A DNA stretch of 64,000 bases from Elusimicrobia bacterium UBA5214. Its GTDB lineage: Bacteria; Elusimicrobiota; UBA5214. The stretch covers positions 206,766 to 270,765 of the forward strand of contig DHVG01000001.1 of assembly GCA_002412545.1 (NCBI GenBank). The letters are read 5' to 3'. The position numbers and the translations under genes were made by a program. How positions within the stretch are numbered: position 1 is the stretch's first letter; each line of letters opens with the position of its first letter. The notes under the pieces were generated by a model. The model made no database searches, was not told where the DNA came from, and saw nothing but the letters and a program-made list of their open reading frames with translations. Positions 55,299-64,000 of this stretch are shown one piece after another.

Positions 55299-57861
55299 TA
55301 TTTACTAACTTTTTACGAATATGGATAATTTTATTTATTTTTTTGTTAGAGAGATAATTTTGTACTTTTGTTTCGTTCAGGACTTTTTCTTCAGTTTCCT
55401 TTTCCGTAAGCAGAGAGTCAACTTTTATTCTCGTCCGTAATTTGCCATCAATCTGAACCGCAATTTCAATTTCCTCCGAAGTCAATAATTGAGAATTATA
55501 TTCTGGCCAAGGAAGATAATCAAGTTCCAATTTATCAGAAGCAAATTTTTCCCATAACTCGTTGCTTAAATGCGGAGCAAAAGGATGGAGAAGGAGAATT
55601 AAATTTTTTATTGTTTCTCGCGATGTGTTATCACCAAGATAATTATAACGATAAAGAAAATTGACTAATTCCATAATTGCCGCAATTGCCGTATTGAACT
55701 GTATTCTTTTTTCAATATCTTCAGTAACCCGTTTGATAGTCAAATTTGTCAAACGAACAAGTTCCTTAGTTTCAGGTTTCAGGTTACCGGTTTCAGGTTT
55801 TTTCTCTCCACTTGTAACTTGTAACTTGTAACTTGTAACTTGATTTACTAAGCGGTATACGCGGTTCAAGAAACGCCAGCAACCTTCAATACCTTGTTCT
55901 GACCATTCTAAATCCTTTTCCGGTGGACTGGCAAAGAGGATAAAAAGTCGTAAAGCATCAACACCATATTTTTCAATCATTGTTTCCGGCTCAACAACAT
56001 TTCCTCTTGATTTGGACATCGCTAAACCGCCGAGGGTAACCATCCCTTGGGTAAGCAGATTAGTAAAAGGTTCATCACAGGTTACTAAGTTCAAATCACG
56101 CATTACTTTATGAAAGAAACGGGCATAAATCAAATGCATACAAGCATGTTCAATTCCACCGACATACTGGTTCACCGGTAGCCAGGGATTAACTTTATCC
56201 GCAGCGAAAGGTAGCTCATTATTCTTCGGGTCACAATAACGAGCATAATACCACGAAGAATCAACAAAAGTATCCATCGTATCGGTTTCCCGACGAGCAG
56301 GTGAATTACATTTCGGACATTTAGTTTCTACAAATTCTTTTACCTTAGTGAGCGGTGATTCTCCGGTACCGGTAAAAGGGACATCTTTGGGTAAGGTTAC
56401 CGGTAAATTTTCTTCTTTTTCCGGAACGATTCCACATTGTTCACAGTAAATCATCGGTATTGGTGTTCCCCAGTATCTCTGTCGTGAGATTAGCCAATCT
56501 TTAATCCGGTATTCAACCTTTCTTTTCCCGAGATTTTTATTTTCTAACCAGCGGATAATTTTTTCTTTACCTTCGTTTGAATCAAGACCATTGAATTCAC
56601 CGGAATTGACCATTATTCCTTCACCTTCATAAACTTGGTGATTAGGTAATTGGGTTATTAGGTGATTAGGTGATTGAGTGATTAGGTTATTAGGTGACTG
56701 ACCGGATGGACGGATAACTTCACGAATCGGAAGATTATATTTCTTTGCAAAATCAAAATCTCTCTGGTCATGAGCGGGAACAGACATAATTGCTCCGGTA
56801 CCATATTCCATGGTTACATAATCAGCAATAAAAACTGGTATTTTTTCGTTATTTACCGGATTAATTGCAAAGATTCCTTCTAATTTTATGCCGGTTTTTT
56901 CAGTTGTCCTTTCCTGGATATTTTTTTGCCGGCATTTTGCTATGTATTTTTTCACTTCGTTATAGTTCTTAATATTTGATTCTAAATTTTTTCCACCCGA
57001 GGCGGATCCGCCTTTGGCGGAAATTATTGGATGTTCCGGAGCAAGAACCATAAAAGTTGCTCCAAATAAAGTATCCGGTCTAGTAGTAAAAACGGTAATT
57101 GTATAATTAGGTGATTGCTCGCCCGCCGTAGCTTTAGCGAAGGCGGGGGTGATTGGGAAATTAACTAAGACACCTTCACTTTCACCAATCCAATTTTTTT
57201 GCATTAAAATTACGCGTTCCGGCCAACCCGATTTTAATTTTTCTAAATCGGCAAGCAATTCTTGAGCATAAGCACGAATACGGAAAAACCATTGTTCAAG
57301 TTCTTTCTGCTCAACAAGGAAATTGCAACGCCAGCATTCACCACTTGCTGAAACTTGTTCATTAGCTAATACGGTTTGACAAGAAGGGCACCAGTTCACC
57401 GCTGATTTTGCGCGGTAGACTAACCCTTTTTCATAAAATTTTAAAAAAAACCATTGATTCCATTTGTAATATACAGGTTCACAAGTAGCAATTTCTCGTG
57501 TCCAATCATAGGATATCCCCAGATTTTTTAATTGTTTACGCATCTGGGTAATGTTATCTTTTGTCCATTGGGAAGGACTTATTTGCCGTTGAATAGCGGC
57601 ATTTTCTGCTGGCATTCCGAAAGCATCCCAGCCGATTGGATGAAGGACATTGTATCCTTTTCTTCTTTTGTAGCGGGCTAACACATCTCCAATAAGATAA
57701 TTTCGTGCATGTCCCATATGTATTTTCCCTGAAGGATAAGGATACATTACTAAACAATAATAGTTTTTCTTTTTCGGGTCAGGATGTAGGTTATATATTC
57801 CTTCCTCCTGCCAAATTTTTTGCCATTTAGATTCTATTTTCTTGAAATCGTATTTATCCAT
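55285..57861 (-). CDS. leuS: Leucine--tRNA ligase
   Basis: HIGH-region motif (PYPSGKIHMGHARNY), KMSKS (LAMSKSRGN), and CP1 editing domain. Carries two in-frame repeat insertions (see findings). Confidence 0.95.
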   Translation of the reverse strand: MDKYDFKKIESKWQKIWQEEGIYNLHPDPKKKNYYCLVMYPYPSGKIHMGHARNYLIGDVLARYKRRKGYNVLHPIGWDAFGMPAENAAIQRQISPSQWTKDNITQMRKQLKNLGISYDWTREIATCEPVYYKWNQWFFLKFYEKGLVYRAKSAVNWCPSCQTVLANEQVSASGECWRCNFLVEQKELEQWFFRIRAYAQELLADLEKLKSGWPERVILMQKNWIGESEGVLVNFPITPAFAKATAGEQSPNYTITVFTTRPDTLFGATFMVLAPEHPIISAKGGSASGGKNLESNIKNYNEVKKYIAKCRQKNIQERTTEKTGIKLEGIFAINPVNNEKIPVFIADYVTMEYGTGAIMSVPAHDQRDFDFAKKYNLPIREVIRPSGQSPNNLITQSPNHLITQLPNHQVYEGEGIMVNSGEFNGLDSNEGKEKIIRWLENKNLGKRKVEYRIKDWLISRQRYWGTPIPMIYCEQCGIVPEKEENLPVTLPKDVPFTGTGESPLTKVKEFVETKCPKCNSPARRETDTMDTFVDSSWYYARYCDPKNNELPFAADKVNPWLPVNQYVGGIEHACMHLIYARFFHKVMRDLNLVTCDEPFTNLLTQGMVTLGGLAMSKSRGNVVEPETMIEKYGVDALRLFILFASPPEKDLEWSEQGIEGCWRFLNRVYRLVNQVTSYKLQVTSGEKKPETGNLKPETKELVRLTNLTIKRVTEDIEKRIQFNTAIAAIMELVNFLYRYNYLGDNTSRETIKNLILLLHPFAPHLSNELWEKFASDKLELDYLPWPEYNSQLLTSEEIEIAVQIDGKLRTRIKVDSLLTEKETEEKVLNETKVQNYLSNKKINKIIHIRKKLVNIVTQ

Positions 57862-57882
57862 TATTGCTTAATACAAATTTTT

Positions 57883-57928
57883 ATTCGTGTATATTCGTGT
57901 ATCTTTTTACATTCGTGTGTATTCGTGT
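57883..57928. promoter_or_regulatory. Four direct copies of ATTCGTGT (spacings 10, 18 and 10) immediately upstream of the leuS start
   Basis: Read directly from the sequence. The same heptamer family occurs upstream of mcsA (29181-29245) and inside tlyA (58975-59045). Confidence 0.4.
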
Positions 57929-58579
57929 TTATTTAATTGTCATTAATGCTTGGGCAACATATTGTTTGACTTGTTCGTCTTTTAGACCTAATAATAATGC
58001 CGGTACTGCTGGACGACCGATATTACCTAATGCTTCGGCAGCGTAACGACGGACAAAATCGTTTTCATCTTTAAGTGAACGATACAATGACGGTATTGCT
58101 CGCGGGTCAGCGATACAACCCAAGGCAATAGCTGCTTTCATTCGTGCTACTGCACTCGGGTCTTCCAGAGATTTAATTAAAGCCGGAACCGCTAAACGGT
58201 CACGCAGATGTCCCAAAACACCCGCTACCGTAATTCTCACTTCTTCACTCTCATCATGTAAAGTTTCAATCAATGCTGGAACTGCTTTATGTTCTCCGAT
58301 ATACCCTAAAGCAATCGCTGCTTTTTCTCGGACATATTTTGAAGGGTCTTTAAGCGAGAGTATAAGTTGGTCAACTGCTTTCTTTTCTTTCATTCTTCCG
58401 AGTACTTCTGCAGATACTGCCCGCACAAATGGTTCCCTATCTTTCAAACTGTCAACCAAAGCAACATTAGTTTTCTTTTTCAATTCTTCTTCCACACTAA
58501 CCGGTACTCTTTTTGGAGCAAAGATGATTTTCATTCCTTCTTTGAGCCATTCTCCACCGACAAAACGTATTTTTTTCAT
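57929..58579 (-). CDS. HEAT-repeat (PBS-lyase type) protein
   Basis: Tandem repeats of about 31 aa of the form ...R..AA.ALG.IG...AVP.LI..L.D....VR..AA.AL... Confidence 0.7.
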   Translation of the reverse strand: MKKIRFVGGEWLKEGMKIIFAPKRVPVSVEEELKKKTNVALVDSLKDREPFVRAVSAEVLGRMKEKKAVDQLILSLKDPSKYVREKAAIALGYIGEHKAVPALIETLHDESEEVRITVAGVLGHLRDRLAVPALIKSLEDPSAVARMKAAIALGCIADPRAIPSLYRSLKDENDFVRRYAAEALGNIGRPAVPALLLGLKDEQVKQYVAQALMTIK

Positions 58580-58622
58580 TTTAGGTACGACTCCTCCTTA
58601 AAGTAATCACTTCTTGGAATAA

Positions 58623-59456
58623 TTATTTCTCCATTGCAATTAGATATTCTGTGTTACCTTTTGGTCCTTTTAATGGCGAAGGAATTATTCCAGATATTCC
58701 CAACCCTAAATTTTGCATAAATTTTTTTATTTTTTCAATAACTTCATCCTGAATTTTTTTATCTTTAACTACTCCCTTTTTGACTTTATCTTTTCCTGCT
58801 TCAAATTGTGGTTTAATCAAAGCAATAATTTTACTTTTTTCCTTTAACAATTCGCAGACCCTCGGCAAGACTTTTTCTAAAGAAATGAAAGAAACATCAA
58901 TGGTTACTAAGTCGGGGAGAAGAGAGTTGAGAGTGGAGAGTGGATAGTGGATAGTTTTAGGGTTGAGAGTTGAAGAGATTCGTGGGGATTCGTGTTCAAT
59001 AATTCGAGGTAATTCGTTTTCTATAATTAGTGCCAATTCGTGTTTACCAAAGTAACGGATATTAGTTTTTTCAATATTTACTACCCGTGGGTTGTTTCTC
59101 AACGACCAGTCAAGTTGTCCGTAACCCACATCTAAGGCATAAACCAATTTTGCACCGTGTTTCAATAAACAATCAGTAAAACCGCCGGTTGATGCACCGA
59201 CATCAAGACAGATTTTATCTTTTGCTTCAATATTAAAGAAAGAAAGTGCTTTTTCTAATTTTAAACCTCCGCGGGATACATAAGGGAACCTTTTCCTGAC
59301 TTCAATTTTAGAGTCGGGGTCAATTAATTTGGATGGTTTACTAATTTTTTCTTGGTTAACATAAATTTCACCAGCAAGGATAAGTCTTTCCGCTTTATTG
59401 CGTGTGTTAACTAACCTTTTCGTTACTAATAATTTATCTAACCTTTCTTTTCCCAC
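58623..59456 (-). CDS. tlyA: TlyA-family rRNA 2'-O-methyltransferase (S4 domain plus FtsJ-like methyltransferase)
   Basis: N-terminal S4 motif (RLDKLLVTKRLVNTRNKAERLILAGEIYVN), then an AdoMet-binding motif (LDVGASTGGFTD). Contains an insertion of about 125 nt of tandem repeats (58921-59045). Confidence 0.8.
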   Translation of the reverse strand: MGKERLDKLLVTKRLVNTRNKAERLILAGEIYVNQEKISKPSKLIDPDSKIEVRKRFPYVSRGGLKLEKALSFFNIEAKDKICLDVGASTGGFTDCLLKHGAKLVYALDVGYGQLDWSLRNNPRVVNIEKTNIRYFGKHELALIIENELPRIIEHESPRISSTLNPKTIHYPLSTLNSLLPDLVTIDVSFISLEKVLPRVCELLKEKSKIIALIKPQFEAGKDKVKKGVVKDKKIQDEVIEKIKKFMQNLGLGISGIIPSPLKGPKGNTEYLIAMEK

Positions 59457-59470
59457 TTAGAATAAGCAGA

Positions 59471-61330
59471 TTAACCAGCAAGAAAATCTTTTATCTTTTT
59501 TACAATTTTTTCTGGAGATAAACCATATTCTTCTTTGAGTAATTCTATTTCACCTTGTTCAACAAACTGGTCAGGTAAGCCGATAGACAATATTTCTACT
59601 TTTTCTTTACTGAATATCTCCTTTACTGCACCTCCTAAACCACTAACTACATTTTCTTCAATCGTAACAATTCGGGGGTGGACCGATTCTTTAAGTTTTT
59701 CTCTAATGAGAACTTCATCTAAAGGTTTAAGAAAACGTAAATTGATTAAAGTGGAATAGATATTTTCTTTTTCTAATTGTTTTATTGCTTCTAATGCCGG
59801 GTAAACCATACTACCAATAGCGACAATCAACAAATCTTTACCCGAGATAAGAATTTCACCTTTACCATATGGCAATTTCTTGAAATCAGGGTCAAAGTTT
59901 ATACCTTTTCCTTCTCCACGGGGATAACGAATTGCTACCGGTTTTTCCAGGTCAAGTGCGGTATAAAGCATATGGCGCAATTCATTTTCATCCGCTGGTG
60001 CCATTACCGTTAGATTAGGTATCATTCGCAAATAGGTTAAATCAAATATTCCTTGATGGGTCGGTCCATCTTCGCCAACTATTCCCGCACGGTCAATAGC
60101 AAAAATTACTGGTAACTTTTGTAAAGCAACATCGTGAATAATCTGGTCAAAAGCACGTTGTAAAAAGGTTGAGTAAATTACACATACTGGATGCATTCCT
60201 ACCGCAGCTAAACCAGCCGCAAAAGTTACCGCATGTTGTTCGGCAATTCCCACATCAAAAAATCTTTCCGGGAACTCTTTAGCGAATTCAGTTAGTCCGG
60301 TTCCTACCGACATTGCGGCGGTAATCGCACAAATATGTTTGTCTTCCTTTGCTAAATGGACTAAAGTTTGGCCAAAAACTGATGAGTAAGTTGGACAATT
60401 ACTAATTTTTAAGATGTTACCAGTTGTGATGTCGAAAGGTTCAATACCGTGAAATTTTGTTGGTTCTTTTTCGGCTAAAGGAAAACCTTTACCTTTTTTG
60501 GTGATGATATGGAGTAATAGTGGCCCTTTAAAATCTTTAAAATTTTTTATTCGTTCTAAAGTATCAATTAGTAAATTCAAGTCATGACCATCAATTGGAC
60601 CTAAATAAGAAAATCCTAACTCTTCAAAAAGCATACCCGGGAAAAAAAGAACTTTAAATCTCTTCGCTATCCTTAAGGTAAATAACCCGGCAAAATGTAA
60701 TCGGTGGAAAAAGTATTCAATTTTTCTTTCTGCTTTTTTTAATAGTCCAAGAGTGAGTATCCGGGTTAAATAACCAGCAATTGCACCAACCCGATGTGAA
60801 ATGAACATTTCGTTATCATTAAGAATAACTAATAAATTAGTCCGTAAATGTCCGGCATTATTCAACGCTTCGTAAGCCATTCCTCCGGTGATTGTACCGT
60901 CACCAATGACGGCAACCACACTATATTTTCCTTTGCTCAAATCTCGGGCGGTGGCTATTCCTAAAGCTGCAGAAACTGCAGTTGAAGAATGTCCGGTACC
61001 AAAAAAATCATATTCACTTTCTTCACGACGAGTAAATCCACTAATCCCTCCCCATTGGCGTAAGGTAGCAAATTTATCTTTTCTTCCAGTAAGTATCTTA
61101 TGAGCATAGGATTGATGCCCGACATCCCAGATGATTTTATCCTTAGGTGTATCATATACATAATGCAAAGCAATTGCTAACTCTACACATCCTAAAGAAG
61201 GGGCTAAGTGTCCACCAGTCTTTGCCACCGTCTCAATGATTAACTTCCGTATTTCTTCCGCCAATTGTGGAAGAAATTCTCTCCGTAGTAAGCGTAAATC
61301 TTCTGGTGAATTTATCTTTTCTAAAATCAT
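59471..61330 (-). CDS. dxs: 1-deoxy-D-xylulose-5-phosphate synthase
   Basis: ThDP-binding motifs (GDG...N at VAVIGDGTITGGMAYEALNNAG), transketolase-like Pyr and C-terminal domains. 619 aa. Confidence 0.9.
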   Translation of the reverse strand: MILEKINSPEDLRLLRREFLPQLAEEIRKLIIETVAKTGGHLAPSLGCVELAIALHYVYDTPKDKIIWDVGHQSYAHKILTGRKDKFATLRQWGGISGFTRREESEYDFFGTGHSSTAVSAALGIATARDLSKGKYSVVAVIGDGTITGGMAYEALNNAGHLRTNLLVILNDNEMFISHRVGAIAGYLTRILTLGLLKKAERKIEYFFHRLHFAGLFTLRIAKRFKVLFFPGMLFEELGFSYLGPIDGHDLNLLIDTLERIKNFKDFKGPLLLHIITKKGKGFPLAEKEPTKFHGIEPFDITTGNILKISNCPTYSSVFGQTLVHLAKEDKHICAITAAMSVGTGLTEFAKEFPERFFDVGIAEQHAVTFAAGLAAVGMHPVCVIYSTFLQRAFDQIIHDVALQKLPVIFAIDRAGIVGEDGPTHQGIFDLTYLRMIPNLTVMAPADENELRHMLYTALDLEKPVAIRYPRGEGKGINFDPDFKKLPYGKGEILISGKDLLIVAIGSMVYPALEAIKQLEKENIYSTLINLRFLKPLDEVLIREKLKESVHPRIVTIEENVVSGLGGAVKEIFSKEKVEILSIGLPDQFVEQGEIELLKEEYGLSPEKIVKKIKDFLAG

Positions 61331-62181
61331 TTCTTCCTTGTGCTAACCAGGTCAGCAAATTCTTTTAAAATTTTTCCTCTTGGACCAAAAATTTTCAGTG
61401 CTTTTTTCGCTTCCATAGTCAATTCTTTGATTCTCTTCTTAGTTTGTTTTATACCAAAAATTCGTGGATAAGTCCATAGTTTCATTTCTTTTTGCTGTTT
61501 ATAGTCAATAAGGTCATCACCGATCTGGAATGCTAAACCAATATTTTCACCGTATTTTTCTAAAGCACGTAATTGGTCTGATTTTGCTCCGGAAAGTAAA
61601 GCGCCGATTTTAAGACAAACTTTAATCAAGGCACCGGTTTTCTTCCGATAAATTTTTTCTAACTTTGAACTTTGAACTTTGAACTTTGAACTTAAGGTAA
61701 TATCCATTACCTGTCCACCAATCATTCCTTCTCCACCACAAGCGTAAGATACTTCTTTTAACACTTGTTTGAGTGAACCTGCTTCTTTTGTAGTTTCCGC
61801 GAGTATTTCAAATGCTTTAGTAAGTAAAGCATCACCAGCAAGGATTGCTAATGCTTCACCGAATTTTTTATGAGAAGAAAGTTTACCGCGACGGAAATCG
61901 TCATTATCTAAAGCGGGTAAATCGTCATGAATCAAAGAAAAAGTATGAATCATTTCCAAAGCACAAGCAGCCGGAAGGACATTTTCTATTTTTCCACCAA
62001 CCGATTCACTGGCGGCAAGCACAAGTAGAGGACGAAGACGTTTGCCACCGTCTAAAAGAGAATAGGCCATTACTTTGTAAAGTAAAGAATTTGAACGTAT
62101 ATATTTTTTTAATTCTTTTTCTAATAAAGGTAAATTTTTCTTCCAGAAAAAATTTAATCTCTCCATTTTTTTCTGCACCAT
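61327..62181 (-). CDS. ispA: Polyprenyl synthetase (farnesyl/geranylgeranyl diphosphate synthase, IspA-like)
   Basis: First Asp-rich motif (LIHDDLPALDNDDFRRG) and second Asp-rich motif (GLAFQIGDDLID). Contains a CTTTGAA/AACTTTG heptamer repeat at 61660-61692. Confidence 0.85.
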   Translation of the reverse strand: MVQKKMERLNFFWKKNLPLLEKELKKYIRSNSLLYKVMAYSLLDGGKRLRPLLVLAASESVGGKIENVLPAACALEMIHTFSLIHDDLPALDNDDFRRGKLSSHKKFGEALAILAGDALLTKAFEILAETTKEAGSLKQVLKEVSYACGGEGMIGGQVMDITLSSKFKVQSSKLEKIYRKKTGALIKVCLKIGALLSGAKSDQLRALEKYGENIGLAFQIGDDLIDYKQQKEMKLWTYPRIFGIKQTKKRIKELTMEAKKALKIFGPRGKILKEFADLVSTRKK

Positions 62182-62212
62182 TTTCTGTTTATAGAACTTC
62201 TATAATAAAGAT

Positions 62213-63043
62213 TTACATATCTCCCGCAGGTATTTGTAACCTTTTGATATTTGTCGCTTTACCACTTTTTTCGTCAAGGTCAATGATTACAGCAGAAAAA
62301 ATTAAATCTTTCGCTGCTACTTCAAAACGCAAGGGTATTTGAGTAAGATATTTTTTTAAAATAATTTCTTTCTTTATGCCGATAACACTATCTCGTGGAC
62401 CGGTCATTCCGCAATCAGTAATATAAGCCGTCCCCTCGGGAAGAATACGTTCATCGGCAGTTTGTACATGGGTATGTGTCCCGATTACCGCTGAGACCTT
62501 ACCATCAAGATACCAACCCAGAGCCTGTTTTTCGGAAGTAATCTCGGCATGGAAATCAACAATAATTAGATTTGTTTCTTTCTTGATTTCCGGAATAAGT
62601 GTATCCATACAACGAAATGGACAGTCCAAATCAGGCATATACACTCTTCCCATTAGATTAACTACCGAAATTTCTGTTTTCTGATTTGAAAAATAAAAAT
62701 TATATCCTTTACCGGGTGTAAAAGGTGGGTAATTTGCGGGTCGTAATATCCGTTGGTCGTCAATAATGTCTTTAATTTCTTTACGGTCCCAGACATGATT
62801 GCCGAGAGTTAAAACTTCTACTCCAGAATTAATAATCTCTTCAGCAACATTTTTTGTCAGTCCGAAACCACCTGCTGCATTTTCGGCATTAGCAATAGTA
62901 AATTCAATATTTTCCTTTTTCTTCAATTCGTTAAGAATCTTATTTACTGTCTTTCTACCCGGTTCTCCAATAATATCCGCAATAAATAGTATTTTTACCA
63001 TTTTCGTTTCACCTTGAGACTCTTCCCGTTCGGTGGGGGTCAT
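62213..63043 (-). CDS. ymdB: YmdB-family metallophosphoesterase (TIGR00282)
   Basis: N-terminal [17 protein letters not shown] and GNH..D metal-binding motifs. Conserved position downstream of rny. Confidence 0.8.
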   Translation of the reverse strand: MTPTEREESQGETKMVKILFIADIIGEPGRKTVNKILNELKKKENIEFTIANAENAAGGFGLTKNVAEEIINSGVEVLTLGNHVWDRKEIKDIIDDQRILRPANYPPFTPGKGYNFYFSNQKTEISVVNLMGRVYMPDLDCPFRCMDTLIPEIKKETNLIIVDFHAEITSEKQALGWYLDGKVSAVIGTHTHVQTADERILPEGTAYITDCGMTGPRDSVIGIKKEIILKKYLTQIPLRFEVAAKDLIFSAVIIDLDEKSGKATNIKRLQIPAGDM

Positions 63044-64000
63044 TTAGCCGTTTCAATAGCTCTTAATTCACGGATTACCGTTACTTTTACTTGTCCGGGA
63101 TATTCTAACTCTTTTTCTACTTTCTTTGCAATTTCCTTAGCTAAGATTGCCGTTTGTGCGTCATCAATTTCTTCTGGTTCAACAACAATTCTTATTTCTC
63201 TACCGGCCTGAATTGCATAAGCATTCACTACTCCACGAAAAGAAGATGCTAATTTTTCTAATTTTTCAATTCTTTTCAGATAATGTTCTACACTTTCTTT
63301 ACGGGCACCCGGACGGGCTGCAGAAACCGCATCCGCCGCTGCCAAAATTACTGCTTCTAATGACTGAGGTTCCACATCTTCATGGTGAGATAAAATAGCG
63401 TTAATCATTTTTTCGCTTTCTCCATATTTTCTGGCAAGGTCAGCGGAAATTTGATGGTGTGTTCCTTCGACATCATGGTCAACCGCTTTACCAAGGTCAT
63501 GTAATAATGCAGCCTTTTTACAGAAACGTCCATCAGCATTTAATTCACCAGATAAAGCCCCAGCAATATAGGCAACTTCAAGTGTGTGTTGAAGTTGGTT
63601 TTGTCCGTAAGAAGTACGATATTTCAGTTTACCAAGAAGTTTAAGTAATTCAATTGACAATCCACTTACACCAACTTCTAAAGCAGCTTCTTCACCTATT
63701 TCCTTAAGATGTGTTTCCATATCCTTTTTTATTTTTTCTACTACCTCTTCTATTCTCCCCGGATGGATTCTTCCGTCGGCAATCAAGCGTTCCAAAGCAA
63801 GACGAGCAATTTCTCTTCTCACGCCGTCAAAAGCGCTCACCGTAATCGCTTCCGGAGTATCGTCAACGATTAAATCAACACCAGTCAGTTGTTCAAAAGT
63901 ACGGATATTCCTTCCTTCCCGACCAATAATTCTTCCTTTAACTTCGTCATTAGGTAAAGGTACAGTAGTAATAGTCACTTCTGCAGTATGGTCAGCAGCA
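63040..64000 (-). CDS. rny: Ribonuclease Y (partial: C-terminal KH and HD domains; the N-terminus lies beyond the window end)
   Basis: KH motif ([24 protein letters not shown]) and HD domain ([13 protein letters not shown]...LHDLGKA). The ORF is open at the window edge. Confidence 0.85.
   Translation of the reverse strand, partial: AADHTAEVTITTVPLPNDEVKGRIIGREGRNIRTFEQLTGVDLIVDDTPEAITVSAFDGVRREIARLALERLIADGRIHPGRIEEVVEKIKKDMETHLKEIGEEAALEVGVSGLSIELLKLLGKLKYRTSYGQNQLQHTLEVAYIAGALSGELNADGRFCKKAALLHDLGKAVDHDVEGTHHQISADLARKYGESEKMINAILSHHEDVEPQSLEAVILAAADAVSAARPGARKESVEHYLKRIEKLEKLASSFRGVVNAYAIQAGREIRIVVEPEEIDDAQTAILAKEIAKKVEKELEYPGQVKVTVIRELRAIETAK

Noticed and set aside
1-64000. tRNA, rRNA or tmRNA genes
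   Set aside because: I scanned for T-loop-like GGTTCGAAT and GTTCGAATC motifs and acceptor-stem symmetry in all intergenic gaps. None was found. Intergenic gaps are short and are explained by promoters, terminators or repeat arrays.

Overview
This is a 64 kb window from an AT-rich bacterial chromosome (about one-third GC), almost certainly a diderm, since it carries a large outer-membrane and LPS biogenesis block (msbA, lpxB, lpxI, lpxA, a fused lpxC-fabZ, lpxD, bamA, tamB, lolDE, lnt, mlaFED, lptE, murJ). Most genes lie on the minus strand. Housekeeping genes present include recG, rpmB, mcsA-mcsB-clpC, ilvE-like, lysS, prfB (with its programmed +1 frameshift, missed by the ORF track), secA, cspA, uvrC, rpsT, holA, leuS, tlyA, dxs, ispA, ymdB and a partial rny. 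No tRNA, rRNA or CRISPR was found.

The most unusual locus is at 65..6341 on the plus strand. A consensus sigma70 promoter drives a small MerR-family regulator that is translationally coupled to a 611-aa membrane protein. That protein combines a short FliF-like periplasmic module with recognisable FliG middle and C-terminal torque domains. It is followed by a secreted CsgG/FlgP-like protein with a beta-rich C-terminal half, a periplasmic coiled-coil/TPR protein, and a MotA/MotB stator pair. No rod, hook, export-apparatus or C-ring genes are present in the window. I read this as a candidate minimal rotor-stator machine that is probably not flagellar.

Other notable points:
- A small decayed accessory island sits at about 46.7-50.0 kb. 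It holds a Bro-N fragment bracketed by 30-bp direct repeats, and an intact, GC-richer abiEi antitoxin gene next to a truncated abiEii toxin remnant.
- Two MITE-like elements with terminal inverted repeats (left arm tGTCATTGCGAgg, right arm its near-complement cCTCGCAATGACa) flank uvrC, which lacks its C-terminal (HhH)2 domain.
- In-frame heptanucleotide tandem-repeat tracts are embedded in many conserved genes (lnt, leuS, tlyA, ispA, lpxB, uvrC, lptE, tamB).
- Several short motif families recur in intergenic regions: ATTCGTGT/ACACGAAT, TTTTGCG, and GATTACAGCGATT/AATCTGCGTAATC.
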